From contig CM074511.1 in NCBI GenBank assembly GCA_037379345.1, positions 50,226,862 through 50,290,861 on the forward strand: a DNA stretch of 64,000 nucleotides. The letters are read 5' to 3'. The translations under genes and the position numbers were made by a program. Origin of the DNA: Perna viridis (Eukaryota). Under the pieces are notes generated by a model. That model worked only from the letters and a program-made list of their open reading frames with translations. It was not told where the DNA came from and did not search any database. Positions 1 to 12,361 of the stretch are shown piece by piece (the stretch's first letter is position 1; each line of letters starts with the position of its first letter).

Positions 1-3000
1 GGAACCACTTCGATCCTATGTCTCTGGAATAAAAAAAAATAATCGTTCAATGACTAGTGGTAATAAAATTGATTGATAGTTTATAGTTTATGTCCAATTG
101 CAGATATTTTATGGATTTTGATTATTCGTGTTGATCCTACTTTTTGCAAGCTCGATACACTAGTTTCTTTAATGTGCTAGCACATGGAAGCAACACGCTG
201 CAGGGTGGAATAACATCCCACTTTGATAAGTCTGACTGAATTAATAAATAAAAATAAAAGACGAGAAGTAGTATTTTCTGTCCAGAGGTTAGCTTAGGCA
301 TAGGTATAAGCATATTTTTCAGAGAGCCCATCCCCAATCTCTCGTGTTCAAGCTTGTTTTATATGGTTGTGAAGCATATTGTTCGGTAAGCCCTACCCAA
401 TCTTCCGGGCTTGTTTGTTTTTGTCTTGGTTGTGGTCAAAAATGTCCTAAGTAGTCCGGTTAATTCAGTTTTATGTTTTAACTATCAAGAAACATAAAAC
501 CGGAGAGATATCTAACAAGAATCAACACAAATATACTTTTTATGCACAATACTTGTTCAAGAACCCAATTAAATCGGAAGTGGATATTCACGGGCAGTTC
601 AGGAGGTAGACCAAGGGTAAGAGACAGAACTCTTGAAATCAGTGATATGTTTGTATCATATGCAATTTCACCCAAGTCTATCAAGCTTTCATTTTAAACA
701 GAGTGAAATCAGTCCAAGTTACTTTTATGCTTACAAACATTCCAATGATTTTTAAGAGTTGTGTCCCTTACCCTTGGTCTACCTCCTTAAACAAAATGTA
801 AAGAGACGACAAACATAAACGGAAAACTACCAACATTAAAAATGCACAAAAAAATAGCATCCCTATAGTAATATATGGTTAGTATAGAGCATTATATTTT
901 AAATTTATTGTATATATCGCGTTAAAAAGGCAAGTGTATTGTAATCCTCAAAAGGCTGGCCGCTAAAAAGTGAATGTCTTAAAAATGTTCATACATATAT
1001 ATAGCCTAGCTGGCCGAGTGGTCCAAGGCGCTGGACTTTGTGCAGGTGGTGTTGCCATAGATGTCTACCAAATATCTCTTGAGATTGAATGAAAATTGTG
1101 GTTACCCATTACCAATATTTGTGACAATCCACAGTATATAAAGGTTACATAATAAAAAAAAACTTACCTGTGAGAGAATTTTTGAGTGTGGATATTGGGT
1201 TTTTTGCTCGGCAATCAGTCTAGCAGAGGCAGCAACTACACTTGGTTCATCACAGTGAGATATGGGTAGTAGCTAAAAGTAAGTAAAAACTGTTTTCTAC
1301 GGTCAGTCAATTATTATAATTTCTCAACTTAAAAAAAATATTGATATTTAAACACGGTTTCCTTCTGTACCATTTTCAATTAGAATCTCTCACTTTAATT
1401 TCAGGAAGCATGCGATATCTTTCTCGAATTTAAGTCAAAGACAAAATCCAGACGAAAGGAACTCTAGTTAAAGAATTTGGTCAATTTTTTTCCATATACT
1501 AGAAATTTGAAAATAAATGTGTGCGCATGTCCTTTTGTTTGTGTTCTAAACGTGTGCGTACGTCTTTGTGTTTGTGTGCTAAAGGTGTGCGTACGTCCTG
1601 GTGTTTGTATGCTACAGGTGTACATACGTCATGGTGTTCGTGTGCTGAAGGTTTTCGTACGTCTTGGTGTTTGTGTGCTTTTGCGCTTCCAGTATTTTGT
1701 ACAACAAATATCATCGTCGTTTCTTAAACATAATTGATGATAACCATCATACCATGGGGTGCTCGTCTTCAAACACAATGGTCCCTGGAACTTCACTGAC
1801 TAACACCTGGGGCACATTATCCGTGCCAGCAACAAATTCAGTCTTATATGTTTTCCTTGGAGCAAGAAAAATATCACGTATGTATAAAAGTAAAGTAAAC
1901 CCATTGTGAAAGAAAGAAAGAAAGAAAGAAAGCAGATACATCCGATACAAGTTTCCGCCACAGAGTATCTTCTCGGTTTAGACATGAAATTTTTCTCTGA
2001 CCATTATCCAACAATTTATATGATTCCGAATGTTCACTACTTCTTAGTTTTGTTGTATTTTTTTATTGTTTTATTTTTTTGTTGTTGTTTTTTTTTAATT
2101 GTTTTTTTTCTGTTTTTTTCGTTTTTGTTTTTGTTTTGTTTTTTTTACTTTTGAATATATAACTTTTCTTACCACACGACTTGAAGTTTCAAGAACCATT
2201 TCACTTGTTTTAGGCCTTGGCATGCTGGGCAGGTTAATCGAGCAGACCCACTACACCGTTGGCACCTTAAAAATAGATAAATCTTACGTCATGTTAATAA
2301 GTTCCGGAGGACGGTCGCATGAAGTATTTTGGGGAGAAAAACGATTTTTATAAACAGTTAGTTATATATAGTTATGTGATTTATTTAGCTACTATAAACT
2401 GGTGTTGTACTCACATAGATATTTTACATAATGTTGTCATATATACACTCACGACTTTTTCCCACTACCGTTGCAAACATCGCATGTATTTTGCCCAGCT
2501 CGTAAATTGCCATGACTATCTTTAAATCTCATGTGCCGCCGTCCTTTTCCTTCACATATACCACAGTACAACTAAATAATAGAGAAGAAAGTGGAAATGC
2601 GGGATGAGGGAATTATCAAAGAGAGGGGGGGTTCTATGGGGTATGCCCCTCGGTTTGCCTACGTTCAGGAGGAACCCTAACCAAGGAAAACATATTCGAA
2701 AACGAGATGATACATCCTGCATATGGAAATAAAACACGTTATTATGGATTTATTATTAGTGTGTGCTTATTTGGTTGAACATACTTTGGAGATAATGAAC
2801 AATTTTAAAGCTGCATTAGCTGTCATTTTCGTAAATTTTTGTTTCTGTTGAAATATGCCTTAACTTTGAATTACTTCTACTAAATTGAACCTTTACTGTA
2901 TAATTTTATTTGATATCCACAAATAAAATGTATCAAGAACATGGAAATAGGTGTCGATACATTTATTGTCTTGCAAGACAAAAAATCGACCAAGATAAAT

Positions 3001-6000
3001 TCGTATGCATGTAATTTCTGGTGACCTTAACCCACGCATGTCCTGTAAGGGTCGATTTTTAAAAAATAAAAAATCTGATTGCAAAGCGAAAGTCGTTAAT
3101 CAACGGCAAGGAAGACCGACGGACCGTAAAAGAAAAAAGTTCGAATATAACGCAAGAATCCTTTACGTATTATATTTTTTTATCATTTATTTGAGAACTA
3201 ATCAAGAAACAGATTAAATAAAATTTAAACGAGACACGTGCTTACCTGTGTATCCGTTATTGTTATTTTTTTCACCAACGTATTTTTAACCTAGGTGATT
3301 GTGTCATGTCGGCTATCTTCTGAAGTAATGGCGAAAAATAATTAGATCAGAGCTATGGATATTTTTTGATTAAAAAAACGTTCTTTTCACAATATTCTGT
3401 AGATATTATCGACATTTATTGCTTCAATTGCATTACTACAAACTTATTTCATAGATTCAGCAAAATCCAGTTTAATCAGAACTGAACAAATTTGGCAGCT
3501 AATGCAGCTTTAAACAATAAACCTCCAAATCAAGTCGACAACACAACCACGATTTGTATTATTTAACACCGTTTTCGTTTTTTCTTCTTTTTTTTTCAAG
3601 CTGAGCTTTAAAAAAAAATAAAGTATTTTTTTTATCAAGGGTGAATTTCGATTAATTATTTAAAGGTTTTTTTCTATTAAAACACAAACATTATTAACAT
3701 CAAGATGTGCATAAAAAATATTAAAATAATGAAAAATTTCGGCAAAATGGGATTCGGATTTGGCAGATGAGAATCGGCAAACCAGGTCTAATTCTCATTT
3801 TTGACGCCTGCTTACCGTCCCTCTTCCTTCACAACCACTACATACATGAAATCCATGGCCCTGACATCTATGACATTCCTGAAATGAAAAATGTACATAA
3901 AAAGCACGAAAGAACCCTTATTTACATTCTGAAATATTTTACAACTGAAGGAACTATATGATTGAAATTAATTTGTTTTCTTATTGGAGACATGACACAA
4001 AAAATACATTTTTTAAACGTTTATATTTATAAAAACTATCGTATGTTTAAATACGGGTATAACAAACGTGTTCTCATGAGGTTAGCGCTAAATAAAGTCA
4101 GAATGATTTATTTGTGTTATCACGACGACCTAGTTAATATGCATAAATGAAAACCAGAAGTTACATCCACTTACTATATATGGGAGTGCTACGTCATTGG
4201 TTCTCAATCTCCATTTGGGTGCTTTGAAAATGTATACACGTGCCCGAAAAAATTAATAAATCTTCCAAAATATTTTGTATATATAATGCAGAGTGGGCAC
4301 ATGATCTGTGTATGAGTCTGATAATCGTGTTTAGAAAGTAAGAAGATTAAAGTTCTTATCGTTTTCTGTCAGCTTTTCATTTTCTTTAGGCATATATCCC
4401 CGCGTGGCGAAAACACAACTACTTTACACACTATTTTTAGTGAACAGGAGGGTGCAAATAAAATAGTGTATTATTCTTTCTTTGCCGCGGGGTTGTATCA
4501 ATTAACAGGCCCGGTAGTCTTAATTATGGCGAAGGAAAGCGTGGGCGGCTTCTTTAATCTTTACATGGTTCGGCGCCTCGTGTCACAGATGTCGATGCAG
4601 GTGTATGACTTCGAAAATTGAAATATAATTGCATTTCATTTGACTTACGAATTTTAAAATAAAACTATTTACATGGAGAATTTTACACAATACACAATTC
4701 AAATAGGCGACCCTAGGTGAGTTTAAGGAAGCTTTTCCGGTACAAACAATGCATTTTTTTTACAGGTCAGTTAAAATACTTAATTTTAGCAAAAATGATT
4801 TAGAACACAAGGATGCTTCAGCAAGAAACTTTTATGGGTTATCAAATGAAATTATCAAAAACCAATAAAAAATGAACATGTTCGTATTATCCTATAGCTG
4901 TACTTTCGGGGTACTGATACACTTGTCAGGAGTAACGTTCCGTAAAAAAAGGGTGAAATCAACATTTTCATTGAAGATCGAGATCGGAACAGTTTAAATC
5001 TTACAATGTCAACTAATTTAATTTATGTAAAAAGTCCAATTAGAACATAATAAAATATTTCTATGTAATCTTCGAAAAGAAGTGGTGTCGTCTTTCTGTG
5101 GATCCTAGTCTTCACACATGTATAAGTTAAATATTTCTGTCATTGTTTATCATTTTCTTCTCGAAGTTGTTTAAATTGATACAACTGTAAGTATTTATTC
5201 GCAGACAAACCAAAAGTTTAAAAATTTTAAGATGACCCACGCATTTCAACCTCTCCATCTATGAATTGAGAACCAAATGACAGTCACGTGACCACATGGC
5301 TAATTAAAATTTATATGGCTCGGGTCATCATTGATTTCAAATCAATTTATCTTCAATTAAACGCCGTAAATGACTACAAGGGGCGTTTTTATGATATATA
5401 TTAGGTGTAATAAATCAAATAAACCAAAAATTAAAAAAAAATATTGGTGTCATGTCTCCTTAAAACAATGTTGAATTACCCACTCGAATAAACGCTGTAT
5501 TTGGAATTTCAATCGAACGAACTTCGTAGTCCCTAAAATTTTCACTTGCATACAGTGGAATGTCCCATGGGAATGGTGTTGGACCGTTCTGATGACTATC
5601 TACTGTTTGTCCTAGTAAATAAAATCATTGATACAACATACACCACTGTAAAAAAGGCTTCATCAACTAAAGTTCTTTTCATATATCTGTATACTAATTC
5701 TTGATTCTTACTTGTACATCAGCACTTGAAACAGTAATCAAAGAAACCAAGATTCGAGCAAGAATCAAAAGAATATATTCTAAGGATAAAGACTAGAAAG
5801 GGAAAATAGACACACAAAACAAAGAAAATGAAATAACCAAATTAATACGTACCAAAAAAAAAAAAAAAACAAACAAACAAACAAAAAACATATGTAAATG
5901 AGCAAACCAAACTCCATTAAAAACTGAGAGTATGAACCAAGTACACTGGTTTCAAGTTTGAGACGATGTTTTTTTTTTGTTTTTTATTAATTAATTAACT

Positions 6001-9000
6001 TTCAAAATAATTCTAATGTCATTTATATATACTGGTACTATTTAGACGTACCGTTTTGATATTTCATAAAGATAATTGTAATTTACCTCTATAAGCTTCG
6101 AAATCCCATTGAGGAGTTCTAGTTTCTGTAAATGTTTCAAGAATATACTGAAATAATAATCATTCTTCTAAATGTTATCTATAAACAGTTTTATTGTGCA
6201 TTGAAGTTTATTGAATCTCCACGTTATTTGATACAATGATGATAATATGCTAAAACAATAAAGGAAAGATTAATATATGAACATATTAAGACTCCGAGGA
6301 CCCAATTTTGTAGTAGTGAATTTTCTATTTAGTACATGAAACACTAGATGGTGAATAGAAATTTCAAGCATCAAAATGTGGAAACATCAAGGCAAATAAT
6401 TTCGCATTATCATTTTAAATTCAGACTGTATTGCGACTGTAACTTGGAATCTAATTGTACGAAAAAAACGACATGAAATATTAATTAACATCTGTTCAGC
6501 ATAATTTCATTCACCAAACATGTTAGAGTCAATATTACAATAACTCGTGAAGTCCGGTGGCAAAAAGTAACGTTTACCTGGTATGAGGTAGTGGAGTCCA
6601 GTTTTGTAAACGATGTTATATCATAGGTTGATTTCTTTCCCCAGCAGGACTGGTATTCTACGTGATTCAACAGAGCTTGTTTAGCAGTAGTCTCAGATAT
6701 AACCGGCACACTGAAAGCATACATAAATTTAAACTGTGCTCGGCAAATATACAGTGAAAAGTCCTAGCACACTCAAACACTTATTATAGTATAATGATAT
6801 TCAAGCAACCCATGAGATTGTCTGGCAAGCTATTTTTAGACTAGGTGTTCCCAACTTCTTTTGTTGTAGTAGTGAGTATAATCAGTTTCATGCTGAAGTA
6901 TTGTGTGCCGCCCAATGTTATCTGTCATATATAAGTAACAGATAATAGTGTCTACAAAATAAGTCATACATATAAAATGATAAACAGACTTCCGATTTAT
7001 TTTGTAGATTACACTCACATTTGCATTTCAGGTTCTTTGTAAGTAGTCTTATCTGGAATAGCTGAGGCATCCAGCGGTGGAGGGGGGATTGGGCCTATAA
7101 AGAGAAATCTTAAAATTCAACATCGAAAAAAAGAAGCACGATTAATCACTTAACAATGCGAAATATTCAATGCGTAGAATTTCTTTACATGTAAAAAACG
7201 GGAAAATCTCTGGCTTTCCAGCATAAATAAAACCGCTATCTTGGTTTATGTTGCTATGAAAAATGACCACAAAACACTTCAAAGATTAAATTACCATAAT
7301 GCATCGAGTGGAATATTTTACCTGCACCAGAAAAGGACAATTCAGTAAATATGGCCAGAGACCTACCTCCGAGATTTGAGTATCCCTGGAAATCAACCAA
7401 ATCTGCTGGGAGACCTGTCATGTCATTCTCTCCAACACCTTCCACGATAGCTGTTATCACATAAGATAAAATCAAACAATTTGAAAAGCTCAATTTTGTT
7501 TTTCCTTATCTTTTAAGTCAGGCATCAAGCTCCACGCAGCGACAGACGTTTGTTTCCTCTCTTACTAACCGCTGCAGACAGGCCTATCGAAATTCTCGGG
7601 CGTAATTCAAATCACACGTCGTTTGGCAATCGGATAGCGTCGCGTAAAATCATTCAATTCAAGATTCTTGCAAATTCTGAAAGGGCTGGCTGCAGTGTCT
7701 AGAGTGAATTTCGAACGTCAGACTATGTTCGGAGCTTGGTTAGGCAGAAGCAACCAAAATATTTTAAACATCACTTCCGGTTTTATAACACGGATTGTAA
7801 AAAAATAAAAAGGCTAAGACAGCGTCATGAATTATATACAACACATATTCGACATTTAAAGACGATATAAGTCAGTAAACAGTTGATTGAAAATCTACCG
7901 GTAATTGTATGCATATGCCATGATAGTTGTGAAATGATACATTGAAACACAAATAATTTACTAACGCAGTGTCTGTCTTTTTTCGTTTCAATCGTAAAAA
8001 TGGTTGGAAGTCCTAACTATTTGAGAGTAATTTTTTATCTTACAAAATCATGCAAAGGACATTTATATCGTATTACCTGGGTCATTTTTGTCAACTGTGC
8101 GTAGTTCACCCACTTCACCTCCCGGTCTGAAGTATCAAATAATATAAATATACAAACAGAAGTTTTGAAGTACTTTTACCACCTTGTCAGCAGAAGACGA
8201 TGACCTCTTGTGTTTTTGCACAACATGTGCTGTTTTTATCATTGTTTCGTGGATATTTACCCATATCGCTGTTCAGCTACTGGTATTAATACAAATATAA
8301 AGTTGTCATGTACTTCATATGGTTATATACCATACATCATTTTCATGATTTGAAATAAGTAGTGACAGAAGTCGTTTGTATGATTTGTAATTAAAATTCT
8401 TGCCTCATTTTCCTGCTCCTGCGATTGCGATTGATTCTAAGCCAGATTAGTGCTGCGGACGGCTAAGGATTTTTCGAACTTTAATGGACCTAGAGGGTAT
8501 ACGGCTATATCATATGTCAACGGAAAGATAACTCAATGTAGTTTTTGAATATCATTCTTTTCTAACTGAAAAGTGGTAGAGTTTTCCGCTGTTTTGTATT
8601 AATTAGAGAAGGGGTCAAAGATCAATCGACCCCAATACATTTGATCAGTGATTAAAGTGAAATCGTTCATTGTAGATATCGGAAAACAAGTAACATGTAA
8701 AGATCATATGTATAAAATTTCAAAAATGTAAAAAAAAAAGAACTTTTTCCGACAATAGTTGACTATTTAATCACAGAACAAATTAAAATGCCCCTAAAAT
8801 TGGTTGCATTTTAGTGCATTTTCAATGATTAAGAGATAATAAGACACCGTAGAATATTACAATGTATATCTAAGTATTATTTACTGAATAACAAATAAAA
8901 TAAACACAACGTTCTCGATTCGATCTGCAACATGGGCTTTGCAAAATCAGTTTGTAGTTGCAATAGGGGACGAATACCATTTTATTATGAATGTCCATCA

Positions 9001-10097
9001 CTTGCAACAGAGAGAAAACTATATCAACAAGGAGCTTATAAAGCGTCCATGTATTTTAGACTTTAGTGCAATAATATCAACGAAAGATAAAAAAAAGTCT
9101 GATTTGTGTAAATTTATTAAAATTATAAACAAAAGGGTGAGTCCTCCTGACTAACTTCATCGATACGTACTGTAATGTGTCTAACTTGTCTGTAAATAGT
9201 TCTGTATAGCACGTATTGTATTTATATTATGTGTCTCTGTACCAAATATGTGGTTTATGAGAATAAAGATTATTATTGTTGTCTACAGGCACGAGACCGC
9301 AATTCATTGTCAAGTGCATTTCAATATACACATTTGAGCAGATTAAACAAATTCCACCGGCGCAAACTGAATAAAACTTCTCTGACCTAAAGATATGTAC
9401 AAACAGGATTTTATATATAAATTGTAGAAAATTTTACCATCATTTTCTGAAATTAATACATATAATTCAGAGATGGGGTAAACATGACAAATGAACTGAG
9501 TTAAAAGTCCTAAATTTTAACCTTCTTCCACTGAACCAAATCACAGCTTTTAGTCAGAATTGATTAATGAAAAAAAATCCCATGTAATTTTAACCTATTT
9601 TCTACCAATTAGAGGCAAAACTTCAGCAAATAAGTTTCCAGTAAAAATATGAAAAAATGTGGAAGGTACCTACTACCAAAGTTGGAACTATACAACGAAA
9701 CCAAGGGGAATTAATTGTGTTCTCGTACCTACACCTGTGTATCCCACGGTGTATTCAAACTGAATCAATAGGCATCTGTGTATCCCACGGTGCACCGTTA
9801 AACTAATCATTTATTGATAATCTATCTACAAGGTTGCCATATTATCTACGGTAACCATACATCTATCTATATTGCGTGAATATTTATGTACTATTTGTCA
9901 ATTAAAACTGTGGCCAAATATCGCAAAACCATATCTCCTTTTGGAGGACTTAAAGTTATGTATGTATGTACCCCGTTTATCCGACTGGTACCAATCGTGA
10001 ACCTTATCCTTATTTCTAATGTAGCCAAAATCAAAAGTTCGTTAATGCTTATGCATCTGTAATAAGGACAGAAAATTTCTTACCCAACTTGGTTCAT
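1..10097 (-). CDS. SSUH2: SSUH2-like protein, paralog B (multi-exon; 3' end runs off the left edge of the window)
   Basis: Manually joined GT-AG exons with consistent phases: 10084-10097 (MNQVG, least certain), 8077-8126, 7367-7450 (alternative donor 7322), 7019-7094, 6578-6710, 6087-6147, 5484-5611, 3816-3878, 2453-2571, 2173-2265, 1753-1855, 1168-1272, 1-23 (partial). Peptides include ISETTAKQALLNHVEYQSCWG, YILETFTETR, GPTPFPWDI and six CxxCxGxG-type repeats (CHRCQGHG, CSGCEGRG, CGICEGKG, CDVCNGSG, CQRCSGSA, CPACQGLK). Intron phases match paralog A exon for exon. Confidence 0.88.
602..786. mobile_element. 185-bp hairpin MITE, TTAA-target (Kolobok-like)
   Basis: Arms of about 60 bp, GGAGGTAGACCAAGGGTAAG... 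and ...CTTACCCTTGGTCTACCTCC, are reverse complements. Flanks are TTCA (598-601) and TTAA (787-790). Confidence 0.75.
1003..1065 (+). mobile_element. tRNA-derived SINE head (truncated)
   Basis: GCCTAGCTGGCCGAGTGGTCCAAGGCGCTGGACTTTGTGCAGG contains a Pol III A-box (TGGCCGAGTGG) and a tRNA-like D-arm. No T-arm or acceptor stem follows. Related sequence lies at 32168-32190 (-) and 32383-32470 (+). Confidence 0.55.
1519..1680. repeat. 33-bp minisatellite, about 5 copies (intronic)
   Basis: Units such as GTGTGCGTACGTCTTTGTGTTTGTGTGCTAAAG. Explains the repetitive spurious ORFs at 1477-1737. Confidence 0.85.
1908..1932. repeat. (GAAA)n microsatellite
   Basis: About six direct GAAA units. Confidence 0.8.
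2809..3509. mobile_element. 701-bp non-autonomous TIR element with TTAA target-site duplication (Kolobok-like)
   Basis: Perfect 14-bp TIR AGCTGCATTAGCTG / CAGCTAATGCAGCT. TTAA on both sides (2805-2808 and 3510-3513). Confidence 0.85.
3986..5459. mobile_element. About 1.47-kb non-autonomous TIR element (Kolobok-like)
   Basis: 13-bp TIR GGAGACATGACAC / GTGTCATGTCTCC. Right flank is TTAA; left flank is degenerate (TATT). No coding capacity seen. Confidence 0.6.
7526..7738. mobile_element. Old palindromic MITE-like element
   Basis: Ends are CAAGCTCC... and ...GGAGCTTG. Internal matching blocks (GACGTT, CTGCAG) extend over diverged arms of about 70 bp. Confidence 0.5.
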
Positions 10098-11756
10098 GTT
10101 AAGTATTGCATCACTCCGATTTTATTTCCTGTTTACTAGAATTAGTAATCGTTCCGAATTATCATTTTTGATAGCAACGACTAAATATTGATTGCCCAAA
10201 CAGGTAACTACTAAGGGAGTTTTTAACGTACAAGCCTCACACAGACCGGTTAGTAAGAACAGGTCGGTAAACAAGGTAAATATACCGTGACCGCCGCGAC
10301 CATAGGTAGAATAATTACTTTAAATCGATCTTAGAATAATCAATGGGCTTTAAATATACGTACACACAGTGTTTGAATAATTGTGTCATCAAAAGTTAGT
10401 TAAAATAATCCTCATTAAGAAGTGTTCATAGTGGGAAAATAAATAAAATGTATAGTCTATTTGAGTTTTATAAATCTTCAACAAAATATGCTATCTTAAA
10501 AAAATCAGTCTTCTAAATAAACTTTTCTGCAGAAGATCTTTTTCTATAGTACATATGAATTCTGGGAAACATTTTCAGAATTTCATTTCAACCAACAACA
10601 AAAAATGTTTTCCATTTGGCATTTGGGCTGAAGTGATATACCTATTATTTTTTGTATACGTAAGAGTTATTTGAAAATTCGGGTACATATCTAAGTTGTG
10701 TGACACTATCACAAAACATATTTTTGCATTGAAATTACCTTTCTTTGTTATGCAGCCCGATCACAAGAACTTTTGTTCATATTAACACCAAATATTCAAA
10801 TTTTTGCCCCCAACCTTCAACCATACAAAAGGTAAATTATGATATTTAATTAAAACTGTATTCAGCCTATTGAAAATTTCTTTGGTCTTTCTTTGAATAT
10901 TTCGCAGTGTTCGTTTGTTCTATAGAAAAGCATATCCAGCTCAAATTGAATTTATGAAAAACGTTTTTTTTATAAAATTTATGAACGTTAAGTTAGATGA
11001 TGAAACCAAAGCGTTACAGCACTGAATCAAAGAAGACTATTAATTTATGAAAATAATCTGTTTTAGTTTAACGGATCCAAGTTTTACTGGTTAAGTATTG
11101 CAGAAACTTTTAATCTTTACGCCAGAACAGTATCAATTTAAATGGTCCTTATGCTGTTATTACACACAATGTTGTCATACAAACTAGATGGGCTATTAAA
11201 ATCGGAATATTATAGAGTATCAGTCCAACATAACTAATCAGAAGAAATTAAATGGAAATTATAGGTACAACAACGACCTGGACCAGAAATTCAGTTTCTG
11301 AAATGTACCGGTAAGCCGTTGGTGATTTGGTTTTAAGGTGATTCAAGACTGCCCCAAAATGTTCTTTCTTTTCCTGATGAAATCATAGAATTTTGTCGTA
11401 TATACTGATTAGAATTTTAGTGCGTTAATTAATGTGCTATATTATCCATTTTGTTTATGCCTTATGACAAATATACTGTATGTACCCCTAGCTAAGGGTA
11501 AGGATATGGTTATATTTGTTTAATGTATATATATAACAATATCAATACTGTACAACAATATTTTTGATGGAGTCGAGGTAAAGAAGTTTCATTTATACTT
11601 GCGTGTATATTGTGTCAGTCGTTTGCGTCATCAAAGGACTAGTAAAGCCTTACCAAACATATTTGCTTTTATTTGTATTTTAAACATTGTTTTAAAAGGA
11701 CGACCATAAGGAGATGGGCTTAGGAGATTTCTACGGGTTAAAATATTTACATTCAC

Positions 11757-11897
11757 CAGGGGCGGATCCAGGATTTGAGTTTAAGGGGGGCGTTAATTGA
11801 ATTAAATGCCGTGTAAAGCAAGGCAAAAAAATATTATGGGGTGAAACTTGTGGTGGCAATTTTTTTTATCGGTTTATGGTTCTTGGATCCGCGCCTG
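11757..11897. mobile_element. 141-bp CAG-terminal mini-element with 5-bp TSD
   Basis: TIR CAGGGGCGGATCCAGGA / TCTTGGATCCGCGCCTG, with TTCAC duplicated on both flanks. Confidence 0.8.
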
Positions 11898-12361
11898 TTC
11901 ACCATGTTACCGGTTAAAACATTTATGATGTTCAGCTGAGACTGATTTGAAATTATATCAATCTTCAAAATCAAAATACTTATTTTCAAAAAGGTCGGTG
12001 TGAAAATATTCATTCTAAAATTCTTCCAAGCTCGCCCAACCGTCGCCCCTTCCTTCAAAATCAAATTGTCGTTCCCCGATGATTCAGAGGTCACCACATA
12101 AAGAAAGTGCCATGAAGTTTAGATCATATTAGTTTATTTTATAATATAAAAGTAACAAATTTATAAATTCTAGACTCTAAAAATACAGTGTATAAATATA
12201 AATATTCATTAGAGAATGACTAAAAATATCTACACTTAAATCATTACAATTTGAACTGTAGATCGAGTAGTGAAATCAAATGTTTTTGTATAGCATATAT
12301 AAATAGTACAGAAAATGATTGCACGTCAACCGCTCAGTCAACAAACTTTAAAATTGAGGAC

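Noticed and set aside
1003-1065. Functional tRNA gene
   Set aside because: Only the 5' half is tRNA-like; no T-arm or acceptor stem.
8258-8264. ATGG|GTAAAT as the first exon of SSUH2-B
   Set aside because: Phase 1, whereas exon 8077-8126 requires phase 2; 10084-10097 fits.
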